In this document: piece by piece, positions 54,162-64,000 of the stretch | Layout of the letters: every line of letters begins with the position of its first letter | Position numbering within the stretch: the stretch's first letter is position 1 | NCBI GenBank assembly: GCA_951406725.2 | Contig: OX597820.1 | Coordinates: 49,476,001-49,540,000 of the forward strand | DNA length: 64,000 nucleotides | Direction of reading: 5' to 3' | Source: Octopus vulgaris | Lineage: Eukaryota | Position numbers and translations under genes: made by a program | The notes under the pieces: model-generated | The model's database searches: none | The model's input: only the letters and a program-made list of their open reading frames with translations | What the model was told of the DNA's origin: nothing

Positions 54162-54382
54162 CGAGTGGGTGTTGAAAAGTTCTTGACTTTAAGAGTATCG
54201 CGAAAGGCGTGGCTGGAGGGAGATCAACCTTCCAGAATTATTTTACGGTGCTTAAAAAACTGAAGGACCGCTGCAATAAGTGTGTGAATCTGAGAGAAGA
54301 ATATGTTGAATAAAGTCATAATTAACTGATCATTCTCTATTTTCTTTTATCCCAAACCAGGACCCCCCCCCACGCCCGCTCG
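54162..54382 (+). mobile_element. Mariner-derived MITE
   Basis: TA|cgag..ctcg|TA termini. Retains LKDRCNKCVNLREEYVE* (mariner C-terminal RWxKCxxxxGxYVE). Confidence 0.8.
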
Positions 54383-55935
54383 TATTATTGAAGCCGAAAT
54401 GATGCAGGCAAAAGTGAACCTCGGTGGCTTTTGAAGACAGAGCGGAGGACCCTGTCAATTTCCTGCCGCTTCTCATAGAAAAACTTATGTTACTGAAGCT
54501 GTCCTATAGTGTACAGATCTGCAATGGAGCAGGGAACAGAAAGAAGATTCGATAAATTTAGGTGCTAATGTTCGCTGGTCGAGTGGCAACGATCTGGCCT
54601 CTCTCTTACCTCGTAAGCTGGTTGAGTGGCGGATAGAGGCTCGAATGACTATCAATAATATCTTGAAGGTTTAATCAACTATATTTTGTAATGATGTGAG
54701 AAGTCAGTGATATACGTTTGGTATTAGCGTAACTAGGAGGGGAAGATGATGGCGATCCACCTTGGATGACGCTTTTATGGGGGCTGCAGTTTTGGGGTTT
54801 GCTATATGTCTGTGTAGGGGATGGGTAGGGGAAACAAATTAAAGATCTGTCCTGGGTGGCACAGTCTCTGCGCCACTGGTGTGTTGAAAGACTTGACTGA
54901 GATGTAACTGGCCGTAAAACTATACGACAATTTATGTTGTAAAATGGGTGTGAACCTTTTAGCATTCTTGAATTTACGTGTAACAAATTCGCAGATTTGT
55001 ATATTAACATATATACATTTGTATAATAGTAAATGCATTGTAAATTGAACCCCCGTCGGTTTCGAAACAGGATTCCAGTTCCGCGAACAACTTTAAACTG
55101 TTTTCTCGTTGAATTATATCAAAGTAGCTAAACAATTCACAGTAGACTTACGTACCATATTTGATGGCATTTAGGGTTCAGGCCCGGCTCGACGTTGAGC
55201 CTCTCAAGTAAATTTCATCCTCTGACGCTCACTACTATAATATAGTTTTAATTCAAAATTATCTCTTTTTCCTAGCCTGACTCATGTCACCATAATCTTT
55301 TCTACCATAGCTAAGGTACTTTTGTATTGTTTTGTGATGTAATCCTACCTTGCCTTAAATATTACGTAACATATGAAGATGCGCTGCTAAGATTGTAGTG
55401 CGGCGAATATGTTCATGCGGCGAATATGCTCTCAGACAACGGTAATTCCTAAAGTCAACGTGACACGGCGTGTGACAAGATTCCTTCACTTGAAAAAACA
55501 AAAAGGAAAGAAAAAAAAATGTAAGTTTCTAAACTACGATGTTTCATACAGTAAATGTTTTCTCCTTTCTAAATGAATGCAGCGACAGAAACAAACAGCA
55601 ACACATCCGTTGTCGCGATAGAGTTTACATGAATCATCGATTTTAAGAAAGGAAGGAATGACAAAAAAAAAGTGTTTACTTGTCCGTTGAGGACAGCAGT
55701 TAATTTGGCAGGCACTCTTTCTGCTCAAATAAAAGTATGTTAACTCTTCACTACATGCTGTGCCATCCAGGACTCCTTACGATTTTCTTTATCTCATTAA
55801 ATGTGAAGCTATTCTTTCATTTCAACAGGTGACATTTCAAAAATATTTTAAATACAAACTTAAAATTTCCTTTTTGTTCTTTTAGTTTTACTGTAATCAT
55901 TGTTTCATTTTATTCACCTTCGTCTGAAAAATATT

Positions 55936-56689
55936 CTTTTCGTTTCATTCAGACTACGGCCATGCTGGGGCACTGCTTTGAAGGATTTTTATCGAACGAG
56001 TCAACCCCAATAATAAGTTTTAATTTTTTTTTTAAGCCTGCTACTCATTCTATCAGTTCTTTTGCTGAATCGCTAGGTCACGGGTACGTAAACGCACCGA
56101 CACTGGTTGTCGACAGGTGGTCACACACACATACAAACGAGCTTCTTATAGTTTCCGCCTACCAGATCCACTCAGACGGTTTTGGTCGACCCAAGGCTAT
56201 TGTAGAAGACATTTGCCCAAGGTATCACGCTATGGAACTGAACCCGGAACTATGTGGATGGCTGCTAAACTTTTTACTACACAACCACGCCTCAACTGTT
56301 GACGTTAAAAAAAAAATTTTTTACTCTTTTACTTGTTTCAGTCATTTTACTGTGGCCATGCTGGAGCACCGCCTTTAGTCGAGCAAATCGACCCCAGAGC
56401 TTATTCCTTTGTGAGCCTAATACTTATTCTATCAGTCGCTTTTACCGAACTGCTGAGTTACGGGGACGTAAACACACCAGCATCGGTTGTCAAGCGATGT
56501 TGGGGGACAAATAGACACATACACACACATACATATACGACGGGCTTCTTTCAGTTTCCGTCTACCAAATCCACTCACAAGGCTTTGGTCGGCCCGAAGC
56601 TATGGTAGAAGACACTTGCCCAAGGTGCCGCGCAGTGGGACTGAAACCGGGACCATGTGGTTGGTAAGCAAGCTACTTACCACGCAGCC
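55936..56689 (-). mobile_element. Two tandem SINE family B copies (older 55936-56291, younger 56318-56689)
   Basis: Reverse-complement matches to the 18333 copy. Confidence 0.85.
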
Positions 56690-58189
56690 GAACCCGCTTT
56701 GTAAAACGTTTGGTGACTCCTGTTGTAATCAATTATTACAACAGAAAAACCGATCGATACCCATGACAGACGGTACCCTATCGTTGTGTTCTAGAAAAGT
56801 GGCAAATGGGTGGAATTAACGCGGTCAAAACAGAACTCAAAATATGAGCAATATATTTTTTATTCATTTCACTAAATAAAAAAAAAAAGTGTTTCAAATT
56901 TTAGAGAGAAGCAATGTGATTTTATGATGACTTTTCTTGGCTCGTTACTGGATGCAAATTAAGTGAATTGGCTGGGATACAACTATGGTTTGAAACCACG
57001 GTAGTAACTTATCGATTCACCTTCAGCACCCGTTTATAACTATGTAACAAGATAACGATGTAGGGAACCTATATGTGGTCATTTCACTTGTTAGAAATAG
57101 CAGCCAAATTTACCTTCAAAACGCACCCTACTGCCTTAGAAAGTAACAGTGGATAATGTAGTGAAATGTCCCTCACAGGTAGTAAAAGACAACTAGAATG
57201 CTTTCGATAGCATGGTTGTTCCTGGGACTAACCAACAATTATCTTTTGAGACCTGGTATCCCACTTTATATTTCAGCGGGTAGGGGTCGTAATTAGATAA
57301 ATTACAGAAATAATTCAAAAATTTCACGTACAGAGTTTGGATTGAACCAAAGCTATCCCCGCCTCTATTTTTTTTTAAATGACCCATTCACTGTTCACTT
57401 TCTGTGCATTAATCTATATACTATTCATGTTCGTTTGGCTATCTTTTTACTGTATGCAATAAGTTCTTTATTATCATTACTTTTAAAAGACACACAAAAC
57501 ACCACATAGTAGAATCGAACTCAAGACCATATGATTACGACGTAAACTTCTTTAAAACCCGGTCATGTCTGTGCCATGTATTCAACTTATACACAAATTC
57601 TCATACATAAAATGACGCGCGCCTGCACAAACACAAGCGCGCGCACATATAACTCTACGATGCACATGTATATATTTTGTATGTGTGTGCGCGCGACCAC
57701 GTGTGAGTAAACCCTACACACAAACATATAAGGGAAATGTCACAGCCGTTTGTTATATAACAGTAAAACCTGACGCTATTACATTAAGGAAAACTGAAGT
57801 TTATGACATTTATATTTCCTCTAAATAACATTAGTCGCATAAACAAATAGCCACGATCAGAATTTGAAACCATGTCACTCAGTTCACTTATCGTATTCTC
57901 ATAGTCAATGGAGAATGACAAAACATTAAAAAAAAATGACGTAAGACATACAAAGGGAAGAATTATGCTGATGTCATATTTATATCTTTTTCGGATAATA
58001 TATTAAATGACATATGTGGCGTGTCGAAAGGGTAGCATCTGTGAATCAAAACTTCGTAAACATTTTAAGATTTATTACTCTTCCCTTAGAAATTTTAAGA
58101 AGGATGTCTTTTGGCAAAATGATGAACACAAAGGCCATGACTATCAAAATAATAATAATAATAATAATAATAATAGAGCAAGCCACTTA

Positions 58190-58356
58190 CATCGGAATTA
58201 ATGACTTAACTGGTGCATGATTTATCGAAAATGAAAGAATGAATGATAAAGTCGACCTCGGCGGAATTTGAACTGAGAACGTAACAACAGATGAAATGCT
58301 GCAAAGCACTTTGTTCGGCGAACTAACGATTCTGCCGGCTCGCCGGCTTCAAAAAA

Positions 58357-58394
<38 letters not shown>

Positions 58395-58613
58395 ATAATA
58401 ATAATGATAATAATCCTTTCTACTACAGACACAAGATCTGACATTGTGGGGAAGGGGGCTAGTCGATTAAATCGACCATAGTATTCAACTGGTACTTAAT
58501 TTATTGACCCCGAAAGGATGAAAGGTAAAGTCGACCTCAGCGAAATTTGAACTCAGGAAATACCGGTAAGCTTTTCGTCCAGCATGCTAACGTTTCTGCC
58601 AGCTCGCCGCCTT
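58190..58613 (-). mobile_element. Two tandem SINE family A copies separated by (ACT)n/(AAT)n
   Basis: aagtcgacctcRgcgRaatttgaactNag and ctgccRgctcgcc each occur twice. Confidence 0.8.
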
Positions 58614-61600
58614 AATAATAATAATAATAATAATAATAACAATAAAACGTTGTGACGTGCTTGCCGTTTTGTAGTAAAAGAAATTATCTGAAAGCTATAA
58701 GGAATCGAAGCCTGGTCGCAGAATCGATTCATCAGGTGATTGTTTCCTGCTATCAAGCGGTTTCCATACGTCACTATTCCGGTACTGAATACGTTCAATC
58801 TGAAAGCCACTTTAGCCTTAATTAAGGTGGGGATATATTAACTGACATATTATATTAATGACGTACACTCTATATTCTTTGACAAGTGGTTTTTAATTTT
58901 CTTCAGGACGGTTCTGTAAACGAAAAACGTCCTAATCATGACCTTCCTGTCTTTCTGTCTTTCAGATATAGCACTAAGTCTCTCTCTCTCTCCATATTTT
59001 TAAACAGTAGGAAATGATTTGGATGAGATTTGATTGCTCTTTTCGGCATACCAAATGAACCCCTTAAAAGCCCTATCATTAGTTCAATCTCCTTTTGTTA
59101 AGTAGTACGTATATCTTACTAGAATGAGAGGTAATATTCACAACGGTCAAGATTTGAAATCAGAATGTAGAACGAAACTTGAAACTGTGACCCACACACA
59201 CCAAACCATGGTCATAGTTGAAAGCAGTTTCTGTCTGGATCAATCGTGATTGAACTGACTCAGCAGAGACCATCCCGTCATTTTCTTTCCATAGCTTATC
59301 ATCGATTGCGTAATCTTCCATGTCCTTCTGTGTGTGTGTGTGTAAGACGGTAAGATCTTAGTCAATAGATTTGGCTGCTATTTCTAGCAAGATAAGTGGT
59401 CATATTGTGGATCCTTTAATACAGTCAGTTGCTTCTGTTATATTCTGAAGACACACGCAATCACATTATATACACAAGCATACACACTCGAGCAAAGGGG
59501 AAAGCCTCTTATTTAGTTGCTAGACCAGCTAAAAACGACCTCCAAATATCCCTTAATTCCCATTGGGTTAGCTCAGTTCGCAGAGCACAAGACCCATACA
59601 AAAATCATGAGTTGTGGCGTTTGCTTCCTTTTCTTTATTATTATTATTCTTGTGGATATTAGTAACAAAAAAGCAAAATTGAGGGACATTAATCAAGAAG
59701 CGAAATGGTGTTGGATGATTTGGTTTTGTACGTAGAATAAAATACGGACTATTCTTATAAAGAAAGCATTAATAATACTTTCTAACCTTGTTAAGTGGAA
59801 TTAGATGTGGGAAGAGGAGGGCTTTAATCAACCGGTGAGTTAGCAAAGTCGTTAGAGCGCTGGCTAGCATGCCTCATGGTCTTTGTTCTGGTATTCTGCA
59901 CTCGGAGTTCAAATCCTGCTGTGATCAACTTTCCCTTCCGTCTTTTAGGCCTGATAAAATAAGTAGAAGTAGCATTCCCAAACTGCGCATTGGCAAGAAG
60001 TATTAGAGCACCAGGTGGCATACCTTACAGAATGTGTTCAATAGCAATACCTACTACGATACCGGTGTCAAGCTGTAGCAACTCGAAGACCTTAATGTAG
60101 CAGTCTTTCCGTTGACAGTATTGGTGACATGGGAAAGAGAGGATTTTATGCATGGGCATCCGCTAGTCTTTCACGCGAAAAGAAAACGGGTCTTTCCCAG
60201 GTCTACGCATACAGATGCAAATACATGGTTCAAATCTGACCAACAGAGGTCAAGAACAGAATGCATTGTATATTTGTTCATGCTCTCAATGTTCTGAGTT
60301 CAAATCCCGTCCGGATGCACTTTACTGTTCATTCTTCCGTGAGCGACAACAGAACTAACAAAATGGAGTGGTCAATTCTCTCGCTTGGAATCGTTTGCAT
60401 TTGGCTGTTAAAAGGGTCGTCAGAGATCAATCACAGGGAGAAGGTTGAAAGAGGTGTTAGGGTGTCTTGTCGTAAAAACTGATATAGTATTCGAAATGTC
60501 CAAGAGCGGACTGGTATATAACTATAACACAGAACTAAAATAAAGCTGACGAAGAATTACTTGTAATATCGATTTTTTTATATAGGCACCAGGCCTCAAA
60601 TTTGGAGCAAGAAGACGATTATATTCTACGGAAAAAAAAAATTTGATTGGTACTCTCCTTCACCGAATTGCCAGTTAATTCACGCAGATATTGCGACTAG
60701 TTCGAGCAGTGATTTCTAACATTTTCAATATCAAGGACTCCTTTCATTTAAATCATTTTTTTCTCAGACTTCACACTTATGAAAGTAATAGCTATTTAAT
60801 ACAATTTGAACTCAGCTCACAGGCCTCTGGAACTACCATCGTGGATTCTCATGGGTGCCCTGGCCCCAGTTTGAAAAGTGTTAACCGAAAAACTTTCTCG
60901 TTATCTCATAAATTTGTATTTTGACAAGGCCCATAAAAAGCAAAAGCATTAAAACATTAACCAAAATTTTCTTTGCTATTTTGTCACATCTTCATACGTA
61001 GAAGCATTTAAATCCTCTTCCTTGTCAATTTAGCTTTTCATCCTTAATGAGGGTCGATAAATTAATTAGCAGTTAATCGACTGCCTTTTCCACCCGAAAT
61101 TTGTAACCTGATGCCAAAGTAAGAAATCAATATTAACCAATTCACACCCGTTCTATTGGAATTGACTTGCTGACATTTAGACCCTATTATTTGAATCACA
61201 TAAAACCGTTCCCAGTGATAATTCGATTCATTAATTTTAGTTAATTAATTAATTCATTATTTAATTAATTAAAAGGAGTGTTGAAAATCTTCGAGAAAAA
61301 GTTTTTGAAAAGAATTTCACAAAAAAATTGTTAGTTCTTTTATTCATTTATTTATTTATTTGTTGGTGGAGGTGGATGAGTGAAAGGTATTTAAAGTGGA
61401 AAAATAACTTTTTATCATGAAAGGAGAAACAAAAAAAGAATATCGCAAAATGTTCAGAAAATTATGAAGATTTTTTTAGGCATTAATATTATGTGTTAAT
61501 ACATAAAGGAGAAGAATTACGATAATAAAAAAAGCATAAGGAAAAACGTTTTATTATTCTTCATTTGCAAAAAGTGTAGTTCATTGCATGCCGCGTTTTG

Positions 61601-61843
61601 AGGAGTAAATCTTTTGGTAGAAATAGAGCTTACGGTAAGCGTCTTGTGAATGATTGTATTTTATGGTTATTGTAAAGAATATAATCTATCGTTAAGAGCC
61701 TATCTTATTTCAAGGATTACTGAATAGAGTACATCTTATCTCAAGCATTATGGAAAGAGTACTTCTCAATGATATAGTTTACCGTTAGCATACTTGATTG
61801 TAAAGAGTTTAACTCTTCGTTTGTGGTCTTCTCGTTTGTCCAG

Positions 61844-61916
61844 TGACAAAATATAGGAAAAAAGAAAAGAGATCCCTGTCACTATTTGAACGTGAAAAAT
61901 CTCCAATATGTTTTAG
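61844..61916 (+). other. Candidate isolated exon (73 nt)
   Basis: Strong acceptor tcttctcgtttgtccag| and consensus donor AG|gtaagt. Single open frame TKYRKKEKRSLSLFEREKSPICF in repeat-poor sequence. Confidence 0.4.
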
Positions 61917-64000
61917 GTAAGTAAGTACCACAGTAATATATGTGTTTTACGGATAACTGAATCCAATTATGGTCTTTGGAATAAGGAGTATTTTGCTTTT
62001 AAATGAAATTATAAAGTAAGTCGAGAGCTCGAGTAATTTTTTTCTTTTCAAATGGTCAGTTATAAAAAAAGGAAATTAAGTTGACATTATTAAGAATTGA
62101 ACGTGAGAGCATTATTATAGTATACACGTTTTAGCTGTCACATTAGCATTTTAATCATTTCTCATGAAGGATCTAACCATTTACTTTAAAGCAGTGAAAA
62201 AGAAACGCAGAGTGTGACATTCATATTTCTCTTGAGGGCAGTAGCAGCAGCTTAAGTGATGTGAAGTGGTTTTCAAAGTGGAACGAAACAGTGTGAGCCA
62301 ATTTTGCTTGCCGAGAACTTTAACCTCTTAGCAGGAAATAAAATTAGTTTTAAACTGGTTGCTGACCCTCGGCAAGACACCAGGGCGGCCCACGTTAAAT
62401 AACCATCATTATCTTATCAAGTTTTACACCATCTATTGTGAACAAATTAGAACCATTGATTATGAATTTCCAAACTAAGTCCTCTCTGCGTGGTCGATCG
62501 ATCTGCCGCCAAATCTCCTTTAAGTTACGTACCTAAAATCTCGTTCAGTGAAGGATGCACTGGATAATATAGTACTAGATATTAATAAAAAAAAAAAGAG
62601 GGGGAGACAAGGACGAAGGTAGGCATAGTAGGAAGATACCTTTTGTCATAGGCCCAGAGATGAGACGTGAGGGAGGTACAGACCAGCACTACCATGAACA
62701 AGATTCCAATAAGCCAATAACCGGTTAGTTGCATTTCAAATGCAGAGTGCACCAGCGAATCACCTTCGTAACCGGTGTGGAATACCACGTGGTGTTCTTG
62801 TTCGAAAGCATCGCTTTATTGACTGAGTCAACGATGCACACACACACACACACACACACCTATGTATATACATACATAACCTTTATAAGTAACACACACA
62901 TGTATATTAAATATATATCAACTTCTGCATTCCATATGAATTTTTATATGAACATATTCTTTCTGATGCACATTAAATATATATATTCAATGAATTTGAG
63001 AATGTGTATAGATTTTCAAATACAGTAAATACATAGCATTTCCATATACATAATAAACATATATGTGTGCGTTTACGTATATATGTTCATGCATAATATA
63101 TATTATTCATTACCATATATATATATATATATATATATATTTTACACACACACAGAAACAATTGCCGGCTTTATAACACTGTTCTATAATAAAGATGTAA
63201 TTTTCTCTATACTTATTTTTTGTTATATATGCACAAGCAGTTTATATATTTGTAATCACACATACATAGAACTTATATACAACACATCAAATCGCGGCAT
63301 GCGTGACGCATTGTCACACAGTCCCTCTGTGTCAAAGGTATTGCACAACCTGTGGTTTCGGAAGCTGACGCTTAACGATAGTACAGCATTTTGCCTCTAC
63401 ATATTACCTATATATATTTAGTTTTACTGCTGCTATATACCCAGACTCTCTACAACAAGTTTGTATAAAGTTCTGCCTTTCTTTATCAAACTCCTCATCA
63501 CACGACAATCACTTGTTGCACCGCTGTTCTGTATTTTTATTCTTTCAACTTTTACTGCTATTTACTAACTAATCAACTAAAATAGATAACTGTATAACCG
63601 CTTGTATTTTGTGTCACCGTGAAGGCTCTGTGATGAACCCTAAACCTACTTCTTCCTCCATCTGAATTCAAACCTCATCGAAGCTTCTCCACTCTCGTTA
63701 TTGTTCTTGCTGTTTAGCAGCAAGTTGGTTATGATTTAACATAGATATGGTTAAAGACACTCTAGCGATAACTACCCCATCCCTTAGTCGGAAATATCAT
63801 ATCTAGAATTACATCATAAGTGTCCCACCTCTTTTACCGAAAGTAGAGTATAATTAGTGAGAGATTTGGCTGCTATTTCTAGCATAGCTATGCCTGCCTC
63901 TACACATTACCTGTTTATAGAGATTCCATTATTAGTATTTCCATCTTCTGGGCATGCTTTCCCTCAGACAATAACGTTTAAAAGTATCCACGAGAAAGGC

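Overview
AT-rich, eukaryotic, non-coding-looking DNA that is dense in microsatellites ((AT)n, (GT)n, (GATA)n, (GAA)n, (GGT)n, (GAT)n) and in three tRNA-derived SINE families. The repeat content resembles an octopus (coleoid cephalopod) intron or intergenic region; this is my inference. No intact protein-coding gene can be supported, and nearly all listed ORFs are microsatellite or SINE translations. Recognisable coding fossils are a hAT/Charlie-type transposase (1-1230), a Penelope-like GIY-YIG endonuclease (10070-10429) and a mariner C-terminus. Several MITEs have clear TIRs and TSDs. The most notable signal is a set of Penelope-type minimal hammerhead ribozyme motifs. The best example is a tRNA-headed, hammerhead-tailed short element inserted as a TSD-flanked head-to-head inverted dimer (53503-53991). 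There are also variant-core hammerheads (10441, 24215, 36904), several long hairpins, and a GG-ended MITE with an 8-bp TSD carrying telomeric CCCTAA repeats. A few isolated candidate exons are low confidence.
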